This document shows positions 40,786 to 51,575 of a stretch of 64,000 nucleotides of DNA, piece after piece; position 1 is the stretch's first letter; each line of letters starts with the position of its first letter. Under the pieces are notes generated by a model. It worked only from the letters and a program-made list of their open reading frames with translations. It made no database searches and was not told the origin of the DNA. The DNA comes from an uncultured Alphaproteobacteria bacterium (GTDB lineage Bacteria; Pseudomonadota; Alphaproteobacteria; UBA7879; VGCX01), in the NCBI GenBank assembly GCA_913061155.1, contig CAJXSI010000004.1, positions 4-64,003 of the forward strand, given 5' to 3'. The position numbers and the translations under genes were made by a program.

Positions 40786-42573
40786 ATGCATCCCTACAGA
40801 ACACATACATGTGGCCAAATACGCAAAAGTGATACCGGAACCATTGTCCGCCTATCGGGGTGGATTCATCGCAAACGTGATCATGGAAATTTACTTTTCA
40901 TCGATCTGCGGGATCATTACGGGATGAGTCAATGTGTGATCGATTCTGATAATCCGTTGTTTAAATTCGCTGAAGAAGCCCGTGTTGAAAGTGTTATTAC
41001 CGTCACGGGGCAGGTTATTGACCGCGAGTCATCAACCATTAATCAGACGCTGCCAACCGGTGAAGTCGAAGTACAAATTACAGGTATTCATGTGGAATCA
41101 CCTGCAGATGTTTTGCCTTTGCAAGTTAACGTTGACCGGGAATTCCCTGAAGAAACACGTTTAAAATACCGCTTTTTGGACTTACGCCGGGAAAAAATTC
41201 ACAGCAATATCGTTTTGCGTAATAATGTGATTTCCAGTATCCGTCGTCGCATGACCGACGCTGGGTTTATGGAATTCCAAACGCCTATTTTAACGGCCAG
41301 TTCCCCCGAAGGGGCACGTGACTTTTTGGTTCCCAGCCGTTTGCACCCGGGTCAGTTTTATGCTTTGCCGCAAGCACCCCAACAGTTCAAACAACTATTG
41401 ATGATGTCTGGTTTTGACAAATATTTCCAAATTGCCCCCTGTTTTCGGGATGAAGATGCCCGCGCAGACCGTTCCCCAGGGGAATTTTATCAGCTTGATA
41501 TGGAAATGTCTTTCGTAACCCAAGAAGATGTCTTTAATGCCATTGAACCTGTTTTACATGGTGTGTTCGAAGAATTCAGTGCGGGACGTACAGTCACACC
41601 AGCCCCGTTTCCACGCATTCCATATGCAGACGCCATGTTAAAATATGGATCTGACAAGCCAGATTTGCGTAACCCCATTTTAATCAGTGATGTGACAGAT
41701 GTTTTCCGGGGATCTGATTTTTCAATTTTTGCGAAAAACATTAATAACGGGTCTGTGGTTCGGGCCATTCCGGCCCCAGGATCGGCTGACCGTCCCCGCA
41801 GTTTCTTTGACAAAATGAATGACTGGGCACGCGGAGAAGGGGCCCCAGGCCTTGGCTATATCATTTTTGCAAATGGCGAAGCCAAAGGGCCGATTGCCAA
41901 ATTTTTGAACGCTGACCGTCTTGATATGTTGAAATCATTAACAGGTGTTCAGGATGGGGATGCTGTTTTCTTTGCTTGTGATAAAGTAAAGGGGGCGGAA
42001 CATTTGGCTGGCAAAGCCCGGACAAAGGTTGGCGAAGATCTGGATCTGATTGAAAAAAATGCGTTCCGTTTTTGTTGGGTGGTTGATTATCCGATGTATG
42101 AAATGGATGAAAAAACAGGCAAAATTCAGTTCAGTCATAATCCATTTTCCATGCCACAAGGCGGGATGGGTGTTCTTGAAACCCATGATCCCTTATCCAT
42201 TTTGGCGTATCAATATGATATTGTCTGTAATGGAATTGAACTGTGCAGTGGGGCGATTCGTAACCACTTGCCGGAAATTATGTACAAAGCTTTTGGTATT
42301 GCAGGATTTTCCAAAAAAGATTTAGAAGCCGAATTCGGCGGTATGCTACGGGCCTTGAAATTTGGCGCACCGCCACATGGAGGGTGTGCACCAGGTGTCG
42401 ACCGTATGGTGATGTTGTTAGCGGATGAGCCCAATATTCGCGAAGTTGTGGCGTTTCCAATGAACCAACAAGCCCAAGATTTGTTGATGGGGGCTCCGGG
42501 GTATGTTGATAAAGCCCACTTGCAAGAGGTCCACATTCGTGTGGTTGAGCCCCCAAAAACGGATAAGGGGTAA
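40786..42573 (+). CDS. aspS: Aspartate--tRNA ligase
   Basis: [37 protein letters not shown] and GAPPHGG. Confidence 0.98.
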   Translation: MHPYRTHTCGQIRKSDTGTIVRLSGWIHRKRDHGNLLFIDLRDHYGMSQCVIDSDNPLFKFAEEARVESVITVTGQVIDRESSTINQTLPTGEVEVQITGIHVESPADVLPLQVNVDREFPEETRLKYRFLDLRREKIHSNIVLRNNVISSIRRRMTDAGFMEFQTPILTASSPEGARDFLVPSRLHPGQFYALPQAPQQFKQLLMMSGFDKYFQIAPCFRDEDARADRSPGEFYQLDMEMSFVTQEDVFNAIEPVLHGVFEEFSAGRTVTPAPFPRIPYADAMLKYGSDKPDLRNPILISDVTDVFRGSDFSIFAKNINNGSVVRAIPAPGSADRPRSFFDKMNDWARGEGAPGLGYIIFANGEAKGPIAKFLNADRLDMLKSLTGVQDGDAVFFACDKVKGAEHLAGKARTKVGEDLDLIEKNAFRFCWVVDYPMYEMDEKTGKIQFSHNPFSMPQGGMGVLETHDPLSILAYQYDIVCNGIELCSGAIRNHLPEIMYKAFGIAGFSKKDLEAEFGGMLRALKFGAPPHGGCAPGVDRMVMLLADEPNIREVVAFPMNQQAQDLLMGAPGYVDKAHLQEVHIRVVEPPKTDKG

Positions 42574-42628
42574 GGTTTGGACCAGAGTTTTTTTGGTTTC
42601 ATCAGTGTTGCTTATTTATGGGTGCGCC

Positions 42629-43290
42629 GACACCAGGATCCGGTCATAAACTAAAACGGCAGGCGGGTTGTGTCTGGTGAGTGCCGCCCTGGACTCTGGT
42701 GTCAAGAACGGGGTGACGATTTCTATGCAAAGACAGGCCCTCTTCATTTGTCATTCCGGACTTGACCCGGAATCCAGAACACTGTTCATCACAGACAATT
42801 TGATTACCCTTAACAACATAGTTGATGACGAATGATTATACCCCGGTGATTCTATACGTATCGTCGCCCCGGACTTGATCCGGAATCCACAGCGGTGCTT
42901 ATCCCAGATACCTTGTCTGTCAGAGATACATGGATTCTGAACTAAATTCAGAATGACGAATTATTATACCCCGGTGATCTTATACGTATCGTCGTCCCGG
43001 ACTTGATCCGGGATCCAGTCATAATCTAAAAGGCAGGTGGGTTGTATACGGTGAATACCGCCCTGGACCCCGCATCAAGTGCGGGGCGACGAATCAAAAT
43101 AGTCAACGAATTTATGAACCCCTATATACGGGGAGACGACTTCTATGCAAAGACAACCCCTCTCAATTGTCATTCCGGACTTGATCCGGAATCCAGTCCA
43201 CCTTGGACATCTTTCTTCATTGTCATTCCGGACTTGATCCGGAATCCACAGCGGTGTTTACCGGATACAACCCGCCTGCCGTTTTGTTAC
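42629..43290. repeat. Mosaic array D (largest): REPs at 42690-42719(-), 42748-42776(+), 42861-42889(+), 42931-42959(-), 42989-43017(+), 43064-43092(-), a variant ending at 43139(-), 43167-43195(+) and 43220-43248(+); IS110 end at 42808-42826
   Basis: Read directly. Confidence 0.92.
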
Positions 43291-43620
43291 CCCCTGAAAA
43301 AACCTAGTCTGGATAAAATTAACGGGAAATGGTATGCGTTTTACGCATGAGTAAATAAGTCAGTTATTTCAGCTAGTTATATTTATTATGGGCCTGTAAC
43401 CTGCATTAATTGGTTGGGCCTGTTTTGCCTGAGCCATGCGCGCGTAGGCACTTTTTTAATAAAAAAATTAATTTTCGCAGTTTTGCGTGCCTATTTTTTA
43501 GGCACTTTAACGCAATTATGAAGCAAAGCGAAAAAACCCATTGGCTGAGGTTAACCATACTTGTGTCAATATGTCCAGATTTTGGGCGACTTTAACGGGA
43601 AACCTGGTGAAAAATGGGGC

Positions 43621-43650
43621 TGGATCCTGGTGTCAAGCACCAGGATGACC
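43621..43650 (-). repeat. Solitary REP upstream of the hydrolase gene
   Basis: TGGATCCTGGTGTCAAGCACCAGGATGACC. Confidence 0.85.
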
Positions 43651-43751
43651 ATAAATGGACCCAAGCCTTGGCATCGTTAAAGATAAATAAAACCGTTCAC
43701 AGCCACCAAGTTGGCTTGGCTTAATATCTGTTATTGTATACAATAGATACA

Positions 43752-44741
43752 ATGAAAAATAATAAGTTTTTAAACCACTCCACGCCTGAACCAACTGGAA
43801 AGTATAAAGTTGGATATAATTCTATTGATCTTTATGATCAAACTAGACCTTATGATAAACCCGATAAAGGCTGGCTTATACCAATTCGAATTTACTTTCC
43901 CATTAATTTATCACCTGCTGATTTTAGCCCACATGAACTTGAACCTGAGAATAGAGCAATAAAAGTTTGGGAACAAATTAGATACAATACGTACAGCAAG
44001 CGTACCAGCATAAATAATATGCAGAAAGGAAAATGGCCACTTGTCTTTATGAACCATGGATTAGATGCGTCATCTACCGATTATTCTTGGATATGTGAAG
44101 AACTTGCTTCCCATGGTTATATAGTAATATCTATACTTCATCAGCTTGATAGTAATGTTAAAAATACTAATTCATATCACAAGGATTACAGCATACTTCT
44201 TCATGCCCGATTTGTGGAAAACATATTATTTGTCCATAAATGGCTTCAAGACAAATCAAAATTAGAATTAAAAAATAATATAGATTTTTCCCGGGTTTGT
44301 TTAATGGGACATTCTTTTGGAGCAAATTCAATCTTATTACTTCTTAACCGAACAATTGGTACAGATCAGGTGCATAAAACAATCTTACCTGTGTATGAAA
44401 ATATTTCAAATAAGCATAAAGAATGTGTTGTTCTGATGGACCCCAACCATATTTTTTCTTTTCCTGATCATGTAAATATTCCTATTCATTTTCAGATATC
44501 AGAAGAAAGAAGTAATCGTTTTAAAAAAGCTGGTGTGATAGATAAAATTAAAAGTATAGGACATCAAGTTAATGTATATGATAAATCAAAACATATAAGC
44601 TTTTTAGATCATGGGTACTTAGAACCTGACTATTTAGCAAACCCCCAGGGTTATTTTTCTGGAACAACTGAGCAAAGAGAGTTATTTTTTAATAAAATTA
44701 GAAAAAACATACGAAAATTCATAGCCAGCTCGCTTAATTAA
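43752..44741 (+). CDS. Alpha/beta hydrolase, PAF-acetylhydrolase-like
   Basis: PTGKYKVG, PLVFMNHG, ELASHGYIVISI, GHSFG nucleophile elbow and H..F.D. ATG at 43752. Confidence 0.8.
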   Translation: MKNNKFLNHSTPEPTGKYKVGYNSIDLYDQTRPYDKPDKGWLIPIRIYFPINLSPADFSPHELEPENRAIKVWEQIRYNTYSKRTSINNMQKGKWPLVFMNHGLDASSTDYSWICEELASHGYIVISILHQLDSNVKNTNSYHKDYSILLHARFVENILFVHKWLQDKSKLELKNNIDFSRVCLMGHSFGANSILLLLNRTIGTDQVHKTILPVYENISNKHKECVVLMDPNHIFSFPDHVNIPIHFQISEERSNRFKKAGVIDKIKSIGHQVNVYDKSKHISFLDHGYLEPDYLANPQGYFSGTTEQRELFFNKIRKNIRKFIASSLN

Positions 44742-44742
44742 A

Positions 44743-46326
44743 TCATCCATAAAAAGCAGCGGATAAAAGGTCTTTAGTATAGGTGTTTTGGGGGTTGTCA
44801 AAAATGGTTTCTGCCGGCCCCTGTTCAACAATTTCCCCATCCTTCATCACCATAACGCGGTGACTGATTGTTCGGATCACCCGCAGATCATGACTAATGA
44901 AAATGAACGATGTACGGTAATGGTTTTGCAGTTTTTTCAAAATTCCTAAGATATGGGATTGCACTGTCAGATCCAAGGCTGATGTAGGCTCATCCAAAAT
45001 AATAAGACGGGGTTTTAAGATTAAGGCCCGGGCAATCGCGATACGCTGACGTTCGCCGCCTGATAACATATCTGGGTAACGATCCAAATAATCTTCGGAT
45101 AAATGCACATCTTTCAAGGCCCGCTTTATACGGCGCAATTGGTCTTCTTTCGTTGGGGAAAGATTGTGAACACACAGCCCCTCGCCCACAATTTCTTTAA
45201 CAGTTAAACGGGGATTCAAAGACCCATACGGATCTTGAAAGACAATCTGAATATCTTTGCGGTAACGAATTAAATCTTTTTGCCTTAAGGTATTTAAATC
45301 AATGCCTTGATACATAATCGTTCCAGAACAATCCAACAGGCGCATAATCGAAAAGGCCAATGTTGATTTACCAGACCCACTTTCGCCAACAATACCCAAA
45401 GTTTCCCCTTGCTTGATGGATAAATTCGCATTTTTTACCGCTGTATACAAATAAGGCGCCTGCCAGAAACCTTTGCGTTTTTTCTTATAATCAACCGAAA
45501 TACCTTGCGCCTGAATAACTTCAAGATCATTCATGATGCTTTTGGGGTTTGCCCGGCCTTCTGGAATGGAATTAATAAGTTTTTTTGTATAATCATCTTG
45601 GGGGGATTCAAATATTTCTTTAACACTTCCTTGTTCGATAACTTTTCCGTGGCGCATAACAACCACATCTTTGGAAATGGATCGCACCAAATGCAAGTCA
45701 TGACTGATAAGAATTAAGGTCATGCCAAACTTTTCTTGCAAAGATTTAAGCAAGTCAAAAATTTGGGATTGAATCGTGACATCCAAAGCAGTTGTGGGTT
45801 CATCCGCAATTAATAAATCTGGTTTATTGGCAATTGCCATGGCAATCATAACCCGTTGGCGTTCACCCCCTGATAATTCATGTGGGTAAGATTTCTTTTT
45901 TTCTTTTGGATTTTTTAATTTTACCAATTCCAAAAGTTCAGTAATTTCCCCAGGTTTTCTATCTCTGTGAATATCGATGATTTCTTTTATATGACTTTCA
46001 ACTGTCTTTGTTGGATTCAAAGACGTCATGGGTTCTTGGAAAATCATACTGATCCGATTGCCACGTAGTTTACGCAAGTCATCGCCGGGGATTCTTAAAA
46101 TATCTTGCCCGTCATATATAATTTCCCCATTTGGGTGATAGGCTTCGGGATACTGTAGCAATCTTAAGATAGACAAAGCCGTTAAAGATTTTCCTGCCCC
46201 ACTTTCCCCCACGATAGCAAGGTTTTGGCCTTTTTTGACATTAAAACTAACTTTATCAACCACAATTTCTGGGGCCTGCGGATTAAATCCAATACTTAGA
46301 TTCTTAATTGAAAGAATATTTGTCAT
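44743..46326 (-). CDS. yejF: Peptide ABC transporter, double ATPase
   Basis: Two Walker A motifs ([16 protein letters not shown]) and two LSGGERQR signatures. Confidence 0.9.
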   Translation of the reverse strand: MTNILSIKNLSIGFNPQAPEIVVDKVSFNVKKGQNLAIVGESGAGKSLTALSILRLLQYPEAYHPNGEIIYDGQDILRIPGDDLRKLRGNRISMIFQEPMTSLNPTKTVESHIKEIIDIHRDRKPGEITELLELVKLKNPKEKKKSYPHELSGGERQRVMIAMAIANKPDLLIADEPTTALDVTIQSQIFDLLKSLQEKFGMTLILISHDLHLVRSISKDVVVMRHGKVIEQGSVKEIFESPQDDYTKKLINSIPEGRANPKSIMNDLEVIQAQGISVDYKKKRKGFWQAPYLYTAVKNANLSIKQGETLGIVGESGSGKSTLAFSIMRLLDCSGTIMYQGIDLNTLRQKDLIRYRKDIQIVFQDPYGSLNPRLTVKEIVGEGLCVHNLSPTKEDQLRRIKRALKDVHLSEDYLDRYPDMLSGGERQRIAIARALILKPRLIILDEPTSALDLTVQSHILGILKKLQNHYRTSFIFISHDLRVIRTISHRVMVMKDGEIVEQGPAETIFDNPQNTYTKDLLSAAFYG

Positions 46327-47354
46327 AGTAAATCAAGCCCCCCCTTCTTTGGGTTCAGGGCATCCCGCACCCCTTCGCCAATAAAAACAAGAATACTTAA
46401 TACAATGGAAATACTTAGAAAGCCTGATATCCCAATCCATGGAGCATAAAGATTGCTTTTCCCCTGGTTCAATATTTCCCCCAAAGAGGGGGACCCAGGG
46501 GGCAAACCAAACCCCAAAAAATCCAACGTTGCCAACAACGAAATGGACGTTGTTAAAACAAAAGGAATCACTGTTAAAGGCATGGAAAGAACGTTTGGTA
46601 ATATATGTCGCCACATAATGGCAAAATTACTGACCCCCATTGCCTTGGCGGCGCGAACATAATCATAATTCTTTGCCCGCAAAAATTCCGCCCGTACAAC
46701 AGGAACAATCATCATCCATTTAAAAAAGGAAAACATCAACAATAACCACCAAAAATTGGGGGTAACAAAACTACTAAGAATAATCATTAAAAAGATAATG
46801 GGTAACCCCGACCATATTTCCATAAATCGTTGGAATAATAAATCAACCTTTCCGCCAAAATAACCCTGGATTGCCCCGGCCGTCACCCCCAGAACCAAAC
46901 TTATTCCTGTTAACAGCAACCCAAAAACCAAAGAAAATCGAATACTGTAAAGCAGCCGGGCCAACAGATCCCGCCCTTGATCGTCTGTCCCCAACCAATT
47001 TTCTGATGAAGGAGGGGCTGGAGCTGGACGGTCTAGTTTAAAATTAATAGTGTCATAACTATAAGGAATAAGGGGCCATAACATCCAACCATCTTTGTTT
47101 ATAATGTCTGAAATATACTGGTCTTTGTAACTTGTTTCCGTTTCAAAATCCCCATCAAAGGTTGTTTCAGCGTAATTTTTAAAGACAGGAAAATAATAAG
47201 ATCCTTTATATTGCACTATTAAGGGCTTGTCATTTGCAATAAATTCACTGAACATTGTGACGGTCAAAAGCACCATAAATATCCATAAAGAATACCAACT
47301 GCGGCGATTCTTTTTGAATTTTTCAAAACGCTGACGGGCAATAGGACTTAACAT
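46323..47354 (-). CDS. yejE: Peptide ABC permease
   Basis: FIANDKPL, NWLGTDDQGRD and VRAEFLRAKN. Confidence 0.92.
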   Translation of the reverse strand: MLSPIARQRFEKFKKNRRSWYSLWIFMVLLTVTMFSEFIANDKPLIVQYKGSYYFPVFKNYAETTFDGDFETETSYKDQYISDIINKDGWMLWPLIPYSYDTINFKLDRPAPAPPSSENWLGTDDQGRDLLARLLYSIRFSLVFGLLLTGISLVLGVTAGAIQGYFGGKVDLLFQRFMEIWSGLPIIFLMIILSSFVTPNFWWLLLMFSFFKWMMIVPVVRAEFLRAKNYDYVRAAKAMGVSNFAIMWRHILPNVLSMPLTVIPFVLTTSISLLATLDFLGFGLPPGSPSLGEILNQGKSNLYAPWIGISGFLSISIVLSILVFIGEGVRDALNPKKGGLDLL

Positions 47355-48433
47355 TAACCTTGCCCTTTATTTAAATTAATTCGGGGGTCAATAACCATGT
47401 ACAAAAGATCCCCGATTAAATGCATGACCAAAGAAATCAATGTATAAACAAACAATACCCCAAACATCACAGGATAGTCACGACTTAAGGAAGCTTCGAA
47501 TCCCAAAAGGCCCAACCCGTCCAAAGAAAAGATGACTTCTATTAACAAGTTACTGGAAAAGAAAATGGTACAAAACGCACCGGGCAGTTTGGCAATCAAA
47601 GGTAAAACAGCATTTCGAAAAACATGTTTTCTTAAAACTTGTTGGCGCCCCAAACCAATGGAGCGTGCTGTAATAACATACTGTTTATGAATTTCTTCAA
47701 CAAATGAATTCTTGCACAACATCGTCAAAGTGGCAAATCCACCAAGAATAATTGCGGCTAAAGGCAATATAAGGTGGTGAAAATAATCCAGAACTTTCTG
47801 CCCCAAACTTAGGCAGTCCCATTCGTCAGATGTCAGCCCCCGCAAAGGAAAAATGTGAAAGAAAGACCCCCCTGCGAATAAAATTATCAACATTAATCCA
47901 ATTAAAAAACTGGGAATGGCGTACAAAAAAACCATAAATAAACTGGTACCAACATCAAATCGGCTACCGTCCCTGACGGCCTTGCGCATCCCCAAGGGAA
48001 TGGCAATAAGATAGATCAATATAATTGACCAGAACCCTAAAGATATAGAGACAGGTAGCTTTTCAATAATTAAAGAACTGACTTTTTTATCGCGGAAATA
48101 ACTTTTCCCCAAATCAAATGTTGCATAATTTTTAATTAATAAAAGGAAACGTTTCCAGGCAGGTTGATCAAACCCATACTGTTTTTCCAATTGTTTTATA
48201 AATTCAGGGGGTAATCCGCGCCCCCCTTCATAACTTAATTCTCCAGAAGTTATGTCTATATCACTTTGGCCATCGGCTGCATCTGAAACAGTATCAAAGG
48301 CACCCCGGGCTTTGGCAACCATGAATTCCACCGGTCCGCCAGGCGAAATTTGTATGATTAAAAAGTTAATCAAGATAACGCCCAATAGGGTGGGTATAAT
48401 TAACCCAAGTCTTTTTAAAATATACTGTAGCAT
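47354..48433 (-). CDS. yejB: Peptide ABC permease
   Basis: PGGPVE, YGFDQP, FDLGKSYFR and SLDGLGLLGFEA. Confidence 0.92.
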   Translation of the reverse strand: MLQYILKRLGLIIPTLLGVILINFLIIQISPGGPVEFMVAKARGAFDTVSDAADGQSDIDITSGELSYEGGRGLPPEFIKQLEKQYGFDQPAWKRFLLLIKNYATFDLGKSYFRDKKVSSLIIEKLPVSISLGFWSIILIYLIAIPLGMRKAVRDGSRFDVGTSLFMVFLYAIPSFLIGLMLIILFAGGSFFHIFPLRGLTSDEWDCLSLGQKVLDYFHHLILPLAAIILGGFATLTMLCKNSFVEEIHKQYVITARSIGLGRQQVLRKHVFRNAVLPLIAKLPGAFCTIFFSSNLLIEVIFSLDGLGLLGFEASLSRDYPVMFGVLFVYTLISLVMHLIGDLLYMVIDPRINLNKGQG

Positions 48434-48436
48434 GTT

Positions 48437-50209
48437 TTATTCTTTTAACCACCACGCATTAATGCTATAGCCATTTTCGTCTCTGTCAATATACCTAAAT
48501 TTATCCCTGTAGGCTACATAGATTTCATCCCTGTACCAAGCTGGAATATAATAATACTTTTGGCGGATGATACGATCCAATATTGACGCATACAACTTTA
48601 CATTTTTAAGGTTTTTTGCCGTTATAATTTTATTGATAACTTGATCAACTTTCGAATCCTTAACACCAGCTAAATTATAACTTCCTTTAATATCTGCGGC
48701 CTTACTTCCCCATATATTTTTCAGTGATTTTCCAGGAACATACGTTACCGGCATATAAAATAATACTAAATCATAATCAAAATTACAGAGACGGTTTTCA
48801 AATTGTACAAGATCAACCGCTTTTATAGATGCCTTAATACCAACTTTATTAAGGGTATTTATATAGTTTTCCAGGAATCGTATCATACTTGTCGATGGCA
48901 ATAAGATTTCAAATGAAAATTTCCCATAAGTTTTATGGGTTAAAACACCGCCCTTTAAAGACCACCCTGCCTCGGCCAGCAACCTTATGGCGTGATCCAT
49001 ATTTTCTCGGCTAACGCCGTCTGAATTATTTTTATTTAAGGAATCAAGTGTTTCATATAAATGAATATTTTTCAGGCCCATTTTTTGCATAATTCTTTTT
49101 TCTTGATCAGAAAGATTGCCTTGGGCGTTATAATCTTTTGAATTAAATATCCCTTCACTTCGTTTATATCGATTATTAAAAAGCGTCTTATTTATCCAGT
49201 TAAAATTAAACAAAAGATTTAAGGCCTTGCGAACACGCGGGTCACAAAGATGTGGGCGTCGCGCGTTGAAAAAGAACGCATTCAAACCATGGGGAACGGG
49301 CTTGGCAAATTCCCGTTTTGTAATTCTTTCTTTTTCACAGGTGTTTGAATCATATTTATTTTCCCACCTTGAAACTTTTAATTCAATATTATGATCGACT
49401 TCACCCCGCTTTAGTCCATCAACAATGGTATCGTAATTATAATAATGCACAAATTTTATTGTATCAAAATTATACAACCCTTTTACGATGGGAAGGTCGC
49501 TTGCCCACCAATCTTTAATGCGTTCATATATTATGTACTTTCCATTTTCAAAATTCTTAATTTTGTAAGGGCCCGACCCAACTGGTGGTATTAAGTTTGT
49601 TTTATCAAACGCTGTATTTGTGTAGAATTTTTTTGAAAGAACCCGCATTTTTGCCAACAGAAAAGGTAAAGTTAAATCTGTTTTTTTGAAATTAAATCGG
49701 ATCGTATCAGGCGACAAGCAATCAACTGAGGTAATATTATCATACCAAATTCTGTAATTCGGCCGTCCCTTTTCCTTTAGCGTTTTATATGAAAATTCAA
49801 CATCTTTTGCTGTGATGACAGATCCATCGCTGAACCGTGCCTTGTCTTGCAAGATAAATGTGACAGATTTATAGTCAGGGGCGATAATAATTTCCTTGGC
49901 AACATAGGGATAAGCAACCATCTGGTCGTCAAGTGGTACCTTCATTAGGCTGGCATGTAAATAACCCAATCCACTGGCTTCGATTCCTTGGACGATAAAA
50001 GGATTAAAGGAATTAAATGTACTTTTTTTCACGGGAAGGTTTAAGGTCCCTTTTTTAGGTGCCTTAGGATTGACATAGCCAATATGTTGAAAGTTTTTAG
50101 GGTGCTTTGCTGTGATTCCCTTTCGCATGACCACATGGTAATCAGCTTTAGAGATAACAGAAACTGTGAAAAGAAACAGAGGGATAATATAATATTTAAT
50201 GAATGGCAT
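48437..50209 (-). CDS. yejA: Peptide ABC substrate-binding protein
   Basis: YVNPKAPKKG, FNSFNPFI, PPVGSGPY and GLYNFD. Confidence 0.9.
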   Translation of the reverse strand: MPFIKYYIIPLFLFTVSVISKADYHVVMRKGITAKHPKNFQHIGYVNPKAPKKGTLNLPVKKSTFNSFNPFIVQGIEASGLGYLHASLMKVPLDDQMVAYPYVAKEIIIAPDYKSVTFILQDKARFSDGSVITAKDVEFSYKTLKEKGRPNYRIWYDNITSVDCLSPDTIRFNFKKTDLTLPFLLAKMRVLSKKFYTNTAFDKTNLIPPVGSGPYKIKNFENGKYIIYERIKDWWASDLPIVKGLYNFDTIKFVHYYNYDTIVDGLKRGEVDHNIELKVSRWENKYDSNTCEKERITKREFAKPVPHGLNAFFFNARRPHLCDPRVRKALNLLFNFNWINKTLFNNRYKRSEGIFNSKDYNAQGNLSDQEKRIMQKMGLKNIHLYETLDSLNKNNSDGVSRENMDHAIRLLAEAGWSLKGGVLTHKTYGKFSFEILLPSTSMIRFLENYINTLNKVGIKASIKAVDLVQFENRLCNFDYDLVLFYMPVTYVPGKSLKNIWGSKAADIKGSYNLAGVKDSKVDQVINKIITAKNLKNVKLYASILDRIIRQKYYYIPAWYRDEIYVAYRDKFRYIDRDENGYSINAWWLKE

Positions 50210-50215
50210 TCTCCT

Positions 50216-50752
50216 TTATTTTAGGGGTATAGGATTATCGCTTAACGTTCTTAAGTAGGCAATCAAATTGGCCCGATCTTTTGGTTTTTTCAAACCAATA
50301 AATGACATTTTGGTTCCCGGCATAAACTTTCTTGGGTTTTCTAAATAGTCATATAAATGTTTAAAACTCCAAACCTCTTCCATCTTTTCAGCTGCTTTTG
50401 AAAAGTTAAACCCAGGGTGTTCCCCGCCTGTTCTACCAACCACACCCCATAGGTTTGGTCCAATACGATTCGGACCTCCCTTTTCAAGACTATGACACTG
50501 AACACATTTTTTAACAATAGCTTTCCCTTTTTCAGGATCTGCCGTGTCAAGTAAGGTCATAATATCTTGCTTAACTTCCGGTTCCGATGGGACATCCTTT
50601 GAAGGTGTTTCGGCAATATTCACAACATACACATTTTTTTTCAGGTACTTTGGTTGAATCATATGACCTGCAATTAAGCTAGAGATAAGCCCCAACAACA
50701 AAGCAATTAAAATGGCTGCAAAAATTTTATTCTTATTTAAGTCGTTATTCAT
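50216..50752 (-). CDS. cycM: Membrane-anchored cytochrome c2/CycM
   Basis: N-terminal TM segment, CVQCH haem motif, [10 protein letters not shown] and PGTKMSF. Confidence 0.9.
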   Translation of the reverse strand: MNNDLNKNKIFAAILIALLLGLISSLIAGHMIQPKYLKKNVYVVNIAETPSKDVPSEPEVKQDIMTLLDTADPEKGKAIVKKCVQCHSLEKGGPNRIGPNLWGVVGRTGGEHPGFNFSKAAEKMEEVWSFKHLYDYLENPRKFMPGTKMSFIGLKKPKDRANLIAYLRTLSDNPIPLK

Positions 50753-50840
50753 TTATGTTTAAGTTGCTATAGATGATATTAAAACTATTTGATATAAGTA
50801 TACACATTACATAAAAAATAACCAGTCCAGGATTAAAAAA

Positions 50841-51563
50841 ATGAAACCAGTTATCGTAATTCCGGCCCGCATGGCCGCCACAAGATTTCCAGGAAAACCT
50901 TTGGCTGATATTCACGGAAAACCCATGATTCAACATGTTATTGAGCGTGCTTTGGCATCCGGTCTTGGTGATGTGGTTGTCGCCGCTGGCGACCAAGTTA
51001 TTATTGAGGCCATTCAAGGCTTGGATTGCAAAGCGGTTTTAACCGACCCTAACCTGCCATCAGGCAGTGATCGTATTCATGCCGCCTTGGAAAAGATTGA
51101 CCCTGGGCATATATATACCCATGTATTAAACCTTCAAGGGGATTTGCCCCATCTTGACCCTGGTTTATTGACAATCTTATTAAATCTTTTAAATACATCA
51201 GATTTTGATATTTCAACTTTGTGTTATCAAATCACGGATGACACGGAATTAAAAGATCCCGGCTGCGTCAAAATTGCCATGACAGAGCTTGATAAGAATA
51301 TATTTAAGGCCCTTTATTTCAGTCGATCTGTCCTTCCTTACGGCGATGGCCCCCATTATCACCACATTGGACTTTATGGGTATTTAAGGAATTCTTTGGA
51401 TAAATTTGTTAACCTACCCCCTTCTCCCTTGGAAAAGAGAGAGAAATTAGAGCAACTGCGTGCCTTAGAAAATAATATGAAAATTGGGGTACAATGCGTT
51501 AATAGCAATCCATTTGGCATTGATACAAAGCAAGATCTGGAAAAATTAAAAGCGACTTTATAA
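50841..51563 (+). CDS. kdsB: 3-deoxy-manno-octulosonate cytidylyltransferase
   Basis: IPARMAATRFPGKPL, SGSDR, NLQGD, YFSR and LEQLRALE. Confidence 0.96.
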   Translation: MKPVIVIPARMAATRFPGKPLADIHGKPMIQHVIERALASGLGDVVVAAGDQVIIEAIQGLDCKAVLTDPNLPSGSDRIHAALEKIDPGHIYTHVLNLQGDLPHLDPGLLTILLNLLNTSDFDISTLCYQITDDTELKDPGCVKIAMTELDKNIFKALYFSRSVLPYGDGPHYHHIGLYGYLRNSLDKFVNLPPSPLEKREKLEQLRALENNMKIGVQCVNSNPFGIDTKQDLEKLKATL

Positions 51564-51575
51564 ATTTTTTTAGGC

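Noticed and set aside
42629-43290. CRISPR array (29-bp repeats with 26-46 bp spacers)
   Set aside because: Repeats alternate in orientation, the spacers are re-used between loci rather than unique, and no cas genes or leader are present.
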